A stretch of DNA of 64,000 bases from Oscillatoriales cyanobacterium (GCA_011390955.1 JAABRM010000001.1:46694-110693), one strand, 5' to 3'; shown: positions 47,108 through 55,695, counted from the stretch's first letter. Numbers and translations: made by a program. The notes: generated by a model not told the origin, from the sequence alone.

Positions 47108-47953
47108 ATGATAGACACCAAAATTTCACAGGAGGACATCCCGGTAGATATGTTAAAAGGTAAGCAAAAATTGCGAATTTCTTGGTCGGTGATGTTTGCC
47201 GGGGCGATGTTCTTTTTTATGTATTTGCCTATTTTGGTTTTGACCTTTTATAGTTTCAATGAATCTCGCTATAGTGCTGCTTGGGGTGGCTTTACTTTCA
47301 AATGGTATCTGAATTTATTTCAAGATGAGTCAATTTTGCTGGCACTCCGCAATAGTTTGATGGTGGGATTCTTAGCGATCGCGGTTTCGGCGGTGTTAGG
47401 AACTTTGATGGCTGTGGGTTTAGCTCGCTATAATTTTTTCGGCAAAACTTTATATAAAGGAATTTCTTACTTGCCTTTAATTATCCCCGATATTGCGATC
47501 GCGGTGGCTACCCTGGTATTTTTAGCCGCTGTCCAAATTACCCTAAGTTTGTGGACAATTATTGCCGCCCATATCGTCTTTTGTCTCGCTTATATTGCCC
47601 TAGTAGTTTCCACTCGATTAGCGGATTTAGACCCTCACTTAGAAGAAGCAGCTTTGGACTTAGGCGCCAGCCCAGTGCAAGCTTTTCTGCAAGTTTTATT
47701 ACCCCAGTTAATGCCCGGAATTGTATCCGGTTGTCTGTTGGCATTTGTCCTGAGTTTGGATGATTTTTTAATCGCCAGTTTTACCGCAGGCAGCGGCGCA
47801 GTGACTTTGCCAATGGAAATATTTGGCCGCATTCGTACCGGGGTAAAACCGGATATTAATGCTTTAAGTGTGATGTTAATTATCTTCTCTGGATCTATCG
47901 CCTTTTTCGGGGAATTTCTCCGCTCTCAGGGAGAAACAAAAACCGCTAAATAA
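47108..47953 (+). CDS. potC: spermidine/putrescine ABC transporter permease
   Basis: EAA loop 'LEEAALDLGASPVQAFLQVLLPQLMPGI'; six TM segments. Confidence 0.85.
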   Translation: MIDTKISQEDIPVDMLKGKQKLRISWSVMFAGAMFFFMYLPILVLTFYSFNESRYSAAWGGFTFKWYLNLFQDESILLALRNSLMVGFLAIAVSAVLGTLMAVGLARYNFFGKTLYKGISYLPLIIPDIAIAVATLVFLAAVQITLSLWTIIAAHIVFCLAYIALVVSTRLADLDPHLEEAALDLGASPVQAFLQVLLPQLMPGIVSGCLLAFVLSLDDFLIASFTAGSGAVTLPMEIFGRIRTGVKPDINALSVMLIIFSGSIAFFGEFLRSQGETKTAK

Positions 47954-47971
47954 TCCTGAATTTTATCCGCA

Positions 47972-48010
47972 AAAACCCCGGTTTTTTTTAGAAAAGCCGG
48001 GGTTATTTTA
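47972..48010 (+). terminator. putative rho-independent terminator of the pot operon
   Basis: 'aaccccgg-ttttttttagaaaag-ccggggtt' hairpin followed by 'atttta'. Confidence 0.5.
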
Positions 48011-48044
48011 CTGCGCTTTTCTGTTGATTAAACCACAAATTTTT

Positions 48045-48222
48045 GTAGGGGCGAAGCATTCCGGCAGATAGCTTATTGCTGAAACGATTAATTTGACTAC
48101 CGGAATGCTTCGCCCTTACTGCGGTCATGCTTGACCCTTTGTAAGGGAAGGGCGAAGCATGACCGCAGATGATTTATTGCTGAAACTATTAATTTGACTG
48201 CGGTCATGCTTCGCCCCTACAG
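48045..48222. repeat. composite nested palindromic element (GTAGGGGCG...CGCCCCTAC outer stem; inner hairpins with compensatory stem variants and a shared loop)
   Basis: Hairpin 1 'GCGAAGCATTCCGG-[cagatagcttattgctgaaacgattaatttgacta]-CCGGAATGCTTCGC'. Hairpin 3 'GGCGAAGCATGACCGC-[agatgatttattgctgaaactattaatttgac]-TGCGGTCATGCTTCGCC'. Alternative hairpin 2 'GCGGTCATGCTT-N20-AAGCATGACCGC' shares a strand with hairpin 3. Confidence 0.7.
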
Positions 48223-48230
48223 TTGTCTAT

Positions 48231-49619
48231 CTACTGATTTTTCACATACTGTTTAAATAAGCCTTGCACGATAAATAGGGACGCACCATTATTATCGCTG
48301 ATTTTTTCGATTAAACCCCGTTTCCGCAAAGACTGGATCGCGGTCAAAAAGTCAGCATCCGGTAGTAGGGGCGAATGGCCATTCGCCCCTACGGGTTTCT
48401 GGAAAATATCGGCGGCTTCTTGGTTGACTAACCACCCCATGACTATTTTTTCAGGTTCAGATAACCGTTGATAATATTCTTGTAATCTGGGTTCTAAGTC
48501 TCCGAGAAATAACGTAGGATAAGATAAGAAGCGATCGACGCTGCGGTTAAATAAGTCGTCAATGGTAGCCGCAACAATATTTAACCAGGACGGGTTGCCG
48601 CTATAAAGTTGGATCAGTTCCCCCCATTTATGCCGATCCTTTAAGTCTTTATTGGTCAGTATTTCCGTTGCCGCTTCTCCCAACCCACCCAGTTGTAAGC
48701 TACGGCAATGGCGGTTTTCTCCTTCTAAGGTGGCAATTTCTGTGGGCTTTTCCCAACTGAGGATGAGGAAGCAACTTTTGTGAGGCGATCGCGCCATTTC
48801 TTTGAGAAATTTCCCATAACTTTCGGCTTCTGGCAGATAAGTGCCTGCGAATTTTTCAGGGGCAAACAGTTCTTGGAAGTCATCGAGAATAATCAGACAA
48901 CGATTTAAACGCAAATAGTCGATAAGGGATGATGATTTGGTTTCCTGATTTTGGGAAAAAAACTCAATTAAATTGGTTTGGAAAGATTTTAGGGTGAGAG
49001 TTTCGCTACAGTTGCGCCAAAGGATATAGTCAAAGTTATCTTTAGTTTGTTCTACCAGTTCTCTAGCGAGGGTGGTTTTGCCTATTCCCGGCAAGCCAGA
49101 CATATTTACAAGGCGGATTTTTTCGGCCAAAATCCACTTTTTTAGGGTGGTTATTTCTGCAAGGCGGTTATTATGATGCTCCCATTCCGGGGCTTCGGTT
49201 AAATTGTGGCGTTGTTCTGGTTGTTGGCTAGGGGAATTTGTGGAGGAATTGGCAGAGGGCGATCGGGTTTTTCCTGTGTCGTAATACCTACTATCTCCAC
49301 AAAAGTTTATTTCACCCTGATTAAAATTACTTTGGACAAAGTTTTGAATCTTAGAATTAGAGATATAAAAACGTTCCATTGTAGCGCGGAAGTTTTTCTT
49401 ATCTATTTTTTCGTCTAACTCATCGGATATTAATTTCCATAAACTAGCCGCTACTCGCTTAACATTTGGTTCGCTACAGTGATAATCCTCGGCGATATCT
49501 CTGTATTTTTGACTATCCCAAGCCCCTGCTAAAATTGCCTGTTGCAGATTATTTAAGTGCGCTCCTGTTTTGGCAAATACTAATTTATCAGCCCATGCGA
49601 GGACTTCTTTAACATCCAT
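48231..49619 (-). CDS. STAND NTPase (NB-ARC type) with N-terminal helical domain and no C-terminal repeats
   Basis: Walker A 'MSGLPGIGKTTLAR'. Walker B 'CLIILDDFQELF'. It contains an in-frame perfect palindrome 'gtaggggcgaatggccattcgcccctac' (48365-48392) encoding 'VGANGHSPLL'. Confidence 0.75.
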   Translation of the reverse strand: MDVKEVLAWADKLVFAKTGAHLNNLQQAILAGAWDSQKYRDIAEDYHCSEPNVKRVAASLWKLISDELDEKIDKKNFRATMERFYISNSKIQNFVQSNFNQGEINFCGDSRYYDTGKTRSPSANSSTNSPSQQPEQRHNLTEAPEWEHHNNRLAEITTLKKWILAEKIRLVNMSGLPGIGKTTLARELVEQTKDNFDYILWRNCSETLTLKSFQTNLIEFFSQNQETKSSSLIDYLRLNRCLIILDDFQELFAPEKFAGTYLPEAESYGKFLKEMARSPHKSCFLILSWEKPTEIATLEGENRHCRSLQLGGLGEAATEILTNKDLKDRHKWGELIQLYSGNPSWLNIVAATIDDLFNRSVDRFLSYPTLFLGDLEPRLQEYYQRLSEPEKIVMGWLVNQEAADIFQKPVGANGHSPLLPDADFLTAIQSLRKRGLIEKISDNNGASLFIVQGLFKQYVKNQ

Positions 49620-50033
49620 CAGCGATACATATCTTAGTAAGTTTTAGGCAATTTTACTACCTTTTGCACCCTTTTGCTACCTGTTGCAACTAAACTTTAC
49701 TTTTTTATACCAACGGGGGGCGAAAGAGGATGCTTCCGAAGAGGCGATCGAAGCATCTCCTAGTTATTTTTACGGATTTTTGCTACCTATTGCAACTTTT
49801 TGCTACTTAAATATACTTTTTGCAACCAATCATGGTTTAGGAAGGTCGGTTAAAGTCTATACCAGAATAGACTTTTTTAGACTTTATTAATCAGCAGAAA
49901 TATTTAATAATAAGGTATAAATTTAGCTGAGATTTTATAGGAATTTTCATAGATAAAATTCATCCGAATTATATGAAAAGCCCTATCACCTTAGAAAAAT
50001 ATAATTATTAATGCGGCAGGCCGTATTATCACT

Positions 50034-51281
50034 ATGGAACAGTGGATTAACTTTGATCGGTCGCTCAATCAACGCTTGAACCGAGAGGCTTTAGATCAAC
50101 AACAAAGCAAAGCTAAAAACTTTTCTCTTGAAGGCCATGCTTTAGTTCGAGGTGTAGCCGGGTCTGGCAAGTCACTGGTCTTGAGAAATCGAGTTGAAAA
50201 ACTCATTGATGATGGCTATGATAATATTTTAGTGCTGTGCTATAACCGCTTTATGAACGGTTGGATTGACTCAAAACTAAGAGAAAAAAGGTTAAACTTA
50301 GATATAACCTGTAAAACCTTCCACAGTTGGGCATATCGAATTGGATATGATTATAAATGGGACGATCATCCGGATTCCCGACAAAAAATTATCAACTTAG
50401 TCGAAGAAAACTCAAAACATCGCTATCAAGCAATTTTAATTGACGAAGCGCAGGACTTTTACGACGAATGGTTCCAAGCAATGCTACCAGCAGTCAATCC
50501 AGACACAAATTCTATTTTTTTTGTTTATGATAACACTCAATCAGTTTATGGGCAACCTCATCGGCTTAAAGACAGTTGGACATGGAAATCTCTTGGGTTT
50601 ACAATTCCTGGTGGTCGTTCTCAAATATTTGAGCTTAACTATCGAAACACCCCGGAAATCTTGGAATTAGCTTGGCAATTTATTTTACCTTATTTGTCTA
50701 ATGCTAAGATGAAAATTTCCAAGCGGGCTGAGGCGGGAGGAAACATTGGTCACATAGTCGAACCTGTAAAAAAAACTGCCCGCAGTTCTTCGATTAAACC
50801 AATACTGGTTAAAGGTGATATATCTGCAAGTATTATCGCTAATCAAATTAAGTTGGCATTAAATAGCCATCCAGAATCTTCAGTTGGCGTTTTGCTACAT
50901 CCCAATGAGGATAAAAGTTTTAAGAAAAAAATTAGTGATTGTTTGTGGGATCTAAATATCGATCATCATGCACCAATGCGTTCAATAGAACGAAATAGTA
51001 ACGTTGTAGATAGACCATTTGTCATCATTGATTCCTGGAATGCTCTTAAAGGAGTTGAATTTGATGCAGTGATCATTGCCGGGATAGATAAGGTAAAAGA
51101 TTTACCAGACACCGATGAAGATTTCAAAGAAAAAGCTGGGTTATATACAGCAATGACACGGGCAAGAGATCATCTGATTATGTTATATGATAATGAAACT
51201 CCAGTAGTCAAGCAGATTGAAAAAATTCTAGCATCCCCAGATGTTTTATCTTTCGATATAGATATGAGGCAATCAGCTTAA
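50034..51281 (+). CDS. compact SF1 (UvrD/Rep-like) helicase-core protein, 415 aa
   Basis: Motif I 'GVAGSGKS'. Motif II 'ILIDEAQDF'. Motif VI 'LYTAMTRARDHL'. All core motifs are packed in ~400 aa with no obvious 1B/2B accessory insertions. Confidence 0.7.
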   Translation: MEQWINFDRSLNQRLNREALDQQQSKAKNFSLEGHALVRGVAGSGKSLVLRNRVEKLIDDGYDNILVLCYNRFMNGWIDSKLREKRLNLDITCKTFHSWAYRIGYDYKWDDHPDSRQKIINLVEENSKHRYQAILIDEAQDFYDEWFQAMLPAVNPDTNSIFFVYDNTQSVYGQPHRLKDSWTWKSLGFTIPGGRSQIFELNYRNTPEILELAWQFILPYLSNAKMKISKRAEAGGNIGHIVEPVKKTARSSSIKPILVKGDISASIIANQIKLALNSHPESSVGVLLHPNEDKSFKKKISDCLWDLNIDHHAPMRSIERNSNVVDRPFVIIDSWNALKGVEFDAVIIAGIDKVKDLPDTDEDFKEKAGLYTAMTRARDHLIMLYDNETPVVKQIEKILASPDVLSFDIDMRQSA

Positions 51282-51289
51282 TTTGTTTA

Positions 51290-51510
51290 GTGAAAAGGCG
51301 ATCGCTTTCTTATTTGATAGAAAGGCGATCGCTTTTTTGCTGCGAAAAAGAAACCGGGTTTCTGTTGTGGAAATAACAGTTAACTGTGACAGCACAAAAA
51401 GAAACCCGGTTTCTGTGCGATCGTTTCTGTGGCAAGAAGCGATCGCGCAGCGTTCCTGCGAGGGAATCGCTATTTTATTTAGCAGAAAGGCGCGATCGCG
51501 CTTGTTATCT
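51290..51510. repeat. ~220-bp structured cassette-flanking repeat, copy A
   Basis: Contains paired 'agaaaggcgatcgc' direct repeats. Also contains 'gctgcgaaaaagaaaccgggtttctgttgtggaaataacagttaactgtgacagcacaaaaagaaacccggtttctgtg' with two AGAAACCGGGTTTCT palindromes, and HIP1 sites. Confidence 0.75.
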
Positions 51511-51645
51511 ATTGTCGCAGTTGGGTAGTTGAGTTTATGCTTTTGGTTCAAGTTAATATTTATATGTTAACATGGTATATCAAACACCTACATTATACCC
51601 TTTGATAGTTTGTGTAGGAGCGTGACGAATTCAAAAGAGGTAAAA

Positions 51646-52008
51646 ATGAGATTAAAAGTCAGTGAAAATGGTCTGGTCATTCCGCCATCCTTATTGACGG
51701 GTTTAGAGGAGGTGGAAATTCGCAGAGAAGGAGACGTAATTAGCATCTTCAAAATCAATAATATTATTGAAACCATAGAGACTATTGATATTTCGATAGT
51801 TAAGGGAGAAGAGGCTCAAATTTTGCTGGAAGAGAAACTAAAAAAAATTCAGGAATCGAAAAAAAAGCGATCGCTCGATCCAGCCAAAGTTGATCTAGGG
51901 TCAAGATTTAGCCAGTTGTGTCGAGAAATCCAAGCGTTACACGCAGATAATCCTTTATCTGAAGCGGAGATTGCAGCAGAAATTGATGCGGTGAGGAGAG
52001 GTGAGTGA
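51646..52008 (+). CDS. AbrB/MazE/SpoVT-like type II antitoxin candidate
   Basis: Strong RBS 'aagaggtaaaa' before ATG 51646. N-terminal 'MRLKVSENGLVIPPSLLTGLEEVEIRREGDVISIF' swapped-hairpin-like. Stop overlaps the PIN gene start by 4 nt. Confidence 0.55.
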   Translation: MRLKVSENGLVIPPSLLTGLEEVEIRREGDVISIFKINNIIETIETIDISIVKGEEAQILLEEKLKKIQESKKKRSLDPAKVDLGSRFSQLCREIQALHADNPLSEAEIAAEIDAVRRGE

Positions 52009-52424
52009 AGATTATCATCGATACAAATGTTTTGGTTTCTGCGACCATTGCCGATGGAAAGCCAGAAGATACCATTAATTTTATTATAGGGAGTGATGAA
52101 TGGGAATGGATTGTATCCGACGCAATTCTCCATGAATACCGAGAGGTCTTAAATCGTCGAAAGCTTAAGTTAAGCGAGACGGTTAAACAAAATTGGTTAA
52201 ATATTGTTGAGTTAGCAACCACAAAAATTGATGTAGCAGTTAAGGTAAATTTTCCTAGAGATCGCAAAGATGAAAAATTTTTAGCTTGTGCGGTTGTCGG
52301 TGAGGCTGATTTTTTAATTACAGGCGACCGTGACTTTGAAGAAATGCAAGCACTTTTACCCAACACAATCATTATTTCCGTTGCTATGTTTAAAAAATTG
52401 GCGATCGATGCTGTTGAAAGCTAA
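52005..52424 (+). CDS. PIN-domain toxin candidate (VapC-like)
   Basis: 'MKIIIDTNVLVSA' N-terminal acidic motif. C-terminal 'FLACAVVGEADFLITGDRDF'. Confidence 0.65.
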   Translation: MKIIIDTNVLVSATIADGKPEDTINFIIGSDEWEWIVSDAILHEYREVLNRRKLKLSETVKQNWLNIVELATTKIDVAVKVNFPRDRKDEKFLACAVVGEADFLITGDRDFEEMQALLPNTIIISVAMFKKLAIDAVES

Positions 52425-52464
52425 AAGCCGGGAGGGAGAATTTATTCCCAGTGGTTTTTGCGAA

Positions 52465-52650
52465 ATCGCTCTCTTATTTTCCAGAAAAGCGGTAAGCGGA
52501 GCTATGTCCAAAGGGCTTATCGCCTCTTGGCTGCGAAAAAGAAACCGGGTTTCTGTGTACCCGTTTCTGTGGCAAGAAGCGTTCGCTATGCTGTCAGGCA
52601 AGCACGCTATTTTATTTCCAGAAAAGCGATCGCTATTTTTCTGCTGACTA
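52465..52650. repeat. cassette-flanking repeat, copy B (shorter; lacks the central 'ttgtggaaataacagttaactgtgacagc' segment)
   Basis: 'ggctgcgaaaaagaaaccgggtttctgtgtacccgtttctgtggcaagaagcgttcgc...attttatttccagaaaagcgatcgc'. Confidence 0.7.
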
Positions 52651-52940
52651 ACTTTATAATAAAATAGGAAGATATGGCTCAAACAGGAGAGTAAAAACGA
52701 ACAGCATCTTCAACGAATTAGTCCAGTACAGACAGCAACTTGGTCTACCACCTGCGGGCAGCGAAGCCGACAGATCGACCATAGCGAAATTAGAAATAAA
52801 CGCTCAAATTTTCTTCGGCATTAAATCGAGGTGGAGTTAATTCTATGGCTTGGCAATTAGGCATAGAAGAATTAGAAATTGTTACTCCGAGTGGCACTAA
52901 GACCATAACAGTTAAACCACCAAAAACCAGGAGAGAATAA

Positions 52941-53360
52941 ATGTTTGTATCAGACTTATCAGTGGAAAAATGGGTTGGCAATCAAGATGAAGGGACTTTG
53001 ATTTCCAACCCAACTTGGCAAGAAATAAAATCAGCTATTTGCGAATTAAACGGCAACAGTCAAACTTTAGTAACCTTGGGTGCTGATGAAGAAATGTACA
53101 TGAGTATTGGTGGCGGCGCCGCCGGTAAATATATTGTTAATGTCACTTTCGATGGCATGAATTTTTATAACTTAGTCGATCGCTCCCAACCAGAAAAAAT
53201 GGACCAACTGGCGATCGGCGGACAGTTGGGAAATTATTCAGCTAAACTCTGCGTGGATTTACAAGCCGCTTTGTTAGTCGCTAAAACTTTTGCCCAATCC
53301 GGGAAACTTGAAGAGTCAGTGATTTGGGAAGATTTCCAGTCATTAGCGATGGTGGGATAA
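52941..53360 (+). CDS. hypothetical protein, possibly an Imm1-like polymorphic-toxin immunity protein (orphan)
   Basis: Pattern 'TWQEIKSAICELNGNSQTLVTLGADEEMYMSIGGGAAGKYIVNVTFDG' resembles the Imm1 family layout. Assignment by memory only. Confidence 0.4.
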   Translation: MFVSDLSVEKWVGNQDEGTLISNPTWQEIKSAICELNGNSQTLVTLGADEEMYMSIGGGAAGKYIVNVTFDGMNFYNLVDRSQPEKMDQLAIGGQLGNYSAKLCVDLQAALLVAKTFAQSGKLEESVIWEDFQSLAMVG

Positions 53361-53379
53361 GCGAGTTATTTGATTACCC

Positions 53380-53590
53380 CATTCATGCGATCGCTTTCTT
53401 ATTTGCTAGAAAAGCGATCGCTTATTGGCTGCGAAAAAGAAACCGGGTTTCTGTTGTGGAAATAACAGTTAACTGTGACAGCACAAAAAGAAACCCGGTT
53501 TCTGTGTACCCGTTTCTGTGGCAAGAAGCGTTCGCGCAGCGTTCCTGCGAAGAAATCGCTATTTTATTTCCAGAAAAGCGATCGCGAACA
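53380..53590. repeat. cassette-flanking repeat, copy C (full length, ~95% like copy A)
   Basis: Direct comparison with 51290-51510. Confidence 0.75.
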
Positions 53591-53668
53591 TAGCAAGTAA
53601 ACGTAGGTAGCCGATCGCACCAAAATGGATTATAATCGAATAGCTTAAATCAGTCGAGGTAATGATTA

Positions 53669-53878
53669 ATGAAATTAACAGCAACAGAACAGGGCTTATT
53701 AATTCCTAAAGACATATTAGGAGACAGTCAAGAATTTGAACTTACCCAAGAAAAAGGAAAAATTATTATTACGGTCATCAAAAAATCATCTTCTATTTGG
53801 GATTTAGGTTCAAATCCTGTGGAATGTGATGTAAAAGATGCCGCCATCAACCACGATCGTTATCTGTATAACCAATGA
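53669..53878 (+). CDS. AbrB/SpoVT-like antitoxin candidate
   Basis: 'MKLTATEQGLLIPKDILGDSQEFELTQEKGKIIITVI'. Overlaps the next gene by 4 nt. Confidence 0.5.
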   Translation: MKLTATEQGLLIPKDILGDSQEFELTQEKGKIIITVIKKSSSIWDLGSNPVECDVKDAAINHDRYLYNQ

Positions 53879-54297
53879 AAAACATTTATTTTTTGGATAC
53901 CAGCTATATTTTGGCTCTGGAAATTAAAAATGAAGCGGATCATAAACAAGTCTTACAAAATTGGGTTATTTTAGCACAATCAAAACCCGTTTTAGTAACT
54001 ACAACATACATTTTTGATGAAATTGTCACTTTCTTTAATAGCCGAAACCTTCATCATAAAGCAGTGGAAGTTGGTAATCGCCTCTTGTCAAGTCCCGATA
54101 TAGAGTTAGTAGAGATTAATACAACTTTATTTAATCAGGGCTGGCAATATTTTCAAAAATATCAAGACAAGTCTTATTCCCTCACTGATTGTTTATCATT
54201 TATCGTTATGGAAGAACGAGGGATTATTACGGCTTTAACCTTAGATCATCATTTTATTCAAGCTGGATTTCAAATTTTCCCATCATCACTTAATTAA
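53875..54297 (+). CDS. PIN-domain toxin candidate (VapC-like)
   Basis: 'IYFLDTSYILALE' N-terminal Asp. 'DCLSFIVMEERGIITALTLDHHF' C-terminal acidic motif. Confidence 0.65.
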   Translation: MKNIYFLDTSYILALEIKNEADHKQVLQNWVILAQSKPVLVTTTYIFDEIVTFFNSRNLHHKAVEVGNRLLSSPDIELVEINTTLFNQGWQYFQKYQDKSYSLTDCLSFIVMEERGIITALTLDHHFIQAGFQIFPSSLN

Positions 54298-54299
54298 AA

Positions 54300-54420
54300 A
54301 TACGGTTTAATTTCAGAAAAGCGATCGCTTTTTTATTTCTAGGAAAGCGATCGCTATTTTATTCCCGCATAAAGAAACCGGGTTTCTTTGGTGGAAATAA
54401 CAATTTATCGCCTAATTTAG
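54300..54420. repeat. cassette-flanking repeat, copy D (partial)
   Basis: 'agaaaagcgatcgcttttttatttctaggaaagcgatcgctattttattcccgcataaagaaaccgggtttctttggtggaaataacaa'. Confidence 0.65.
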
Positions 54421-54429
54421 GGAGCGGGT

Positions 54430-55494
54430 TTAGTGATGCAAATTAACTTGACTGATAATTGCTGTAGCCATCAGGTTTAGGGGAACGATCGAATCACTCA
54501 AGCCATTTTCTTCGATCACCGCAGGCATTCCATAAACCACACAAGTGGACTCATGTTCGGTAAAAATTAAACCCCCTTGGGATTTAATCATAGCCGCTCC
54601 CAAGTGGCCGTCAGAACCCATTCCCGTCATTACCACCCCTAAAACGCGATCGCCAAATACCTCGGCAGCGGATTTAAACATCACATCCACACTGGGACGA
54701 TGGATAGTTTCCTGGGGCAGAAAACTCAAACGAGTCGCCACTTGACCATCTGCTTGACGGGCAAACGTCAGATGTTGTCCCGAACGAGCGATATAGACAA
54801 TTCCCGGTCGGAGAATATCCCCATGTTTTGCTTCCACCACTTTAATCGGTGATTGTTGATCGAGGCGCTGGGCATAAAGTTCCGTGTACCCTTCGAGCAT
54901 GTGCATCACGATCGCAATGGGGATGGGAAAATTCTCAGGCAACTTAGGAATCATCTGAGTCAATGCCGCAGGGCCACCAGTGGAAATCCCAATCGCCACT
55001 AACTCGATCGGTGCAGGCGGCTTGTTTGGAGTCATCAATAACGTTGTGGGTTGTGGTGGGGTGGTGGTTGGGTCAACCAAAGGAGGCATAGAAATCTTAG
55101 CGGCGATTTTGACTTTGGCAATCAACTCATCGGTCATGTGTAATAAATCTTCTGATGCCAAGGCGGTCGGTTTGTGGATAAAATCAACTGCTCCCTCCGC
55201 TAATGCCTCGACCACTTGCTGGCTATTCCCCACCGCAATACTAATAATAATAATCGGTAAAGGACGACGCGCCATTTGCTTCCGTAAAAACTCCAAACCA
55301 CCCATGTACGGCATAATTAAGTCTAGAGTCACCACATCAGGCTTCAACTGTGGGATGAGTTCGAGTGCCTCTTGTCCATCAGATGCCGTCCCCACCACTT
55401 CAATAAACGCACTGCGGGATAATATGGCTTTGATCATTTTCCTGACAAACGCCGAATCATCGACAACTAGGACTTTGATTAACCCGACCATCAT
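54430..55494 (-). CDS. cheB: chemotaxis response regulator protein-glutamate methylesterase
   Basis: N-terminal REC domain 'KVLVVDDSAFVRKMI...DVVTLDLIMPYMGG'. C-terminal CheB methylesterase 'GISTGGPAAL', 'VMTGMGSDG'. Confidence 0.85.
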   Translation of the reverse strand: MMVGLIKVLVVDDSAFVRKMIKAILSRSAFIEVVGTASDGQEALELIPQLKPDVVTLDLIMPYMGGLEFLRKQMARRPLPIIIISIAVGNSQQVVEALAEGAVDFIHKPTALASEDLLHMTDELIAKVKIAAKISMPPLVDPTTTPPQPTTLLMTPNKPPAPIELVAIGISTGGPAALTQMIPKLPENFPIPIAIVMHMLEGYTELYAQRLDQQSPIKVVEAKHGDILRPGIVYIARSGQHLTFARQADGQVATRLSFLPQETIHRPSVDVMFKSAAEVFGDRVLGVVMTGMGSDGHLGAAMIKSQGGLIFTEHESTCVVYGMPAVIEENGLSDSIVPLNLMATAIISQVNLHH

Positions 55495-55695
55495 TTTTGA
55501 CTCCGACTCTATTGAGTCCAGTAATTAATAATTTGATCGCACTCGATCGTCGCACTCGATCGGCGATCTCAGTCACGGGACTGATGCATCATTTCTATTA
55601 GTTGGAGGGATTAATCTTCGGAGCAACTTATGAATGACTCCTAGGGCTAATCGACGAGATATTCGGCACCAAAGAAAGAGTCGTCCCTGTGTCAA

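Noticed and set aside
51283-53593. ORFs 51273-51551(-), 51283-51528(+), 52330-52647(+), 52356-52682(-), 52458-52667(+), 53324-53593(+)
   Set aside because: All fall inside the cassette-flanking repeat copies and give near-identical 'KAIAFLL...RKRNRVSV' peptides in several frames. The conservation is at nucleotide level (palindromes, HIP1), not codon level.
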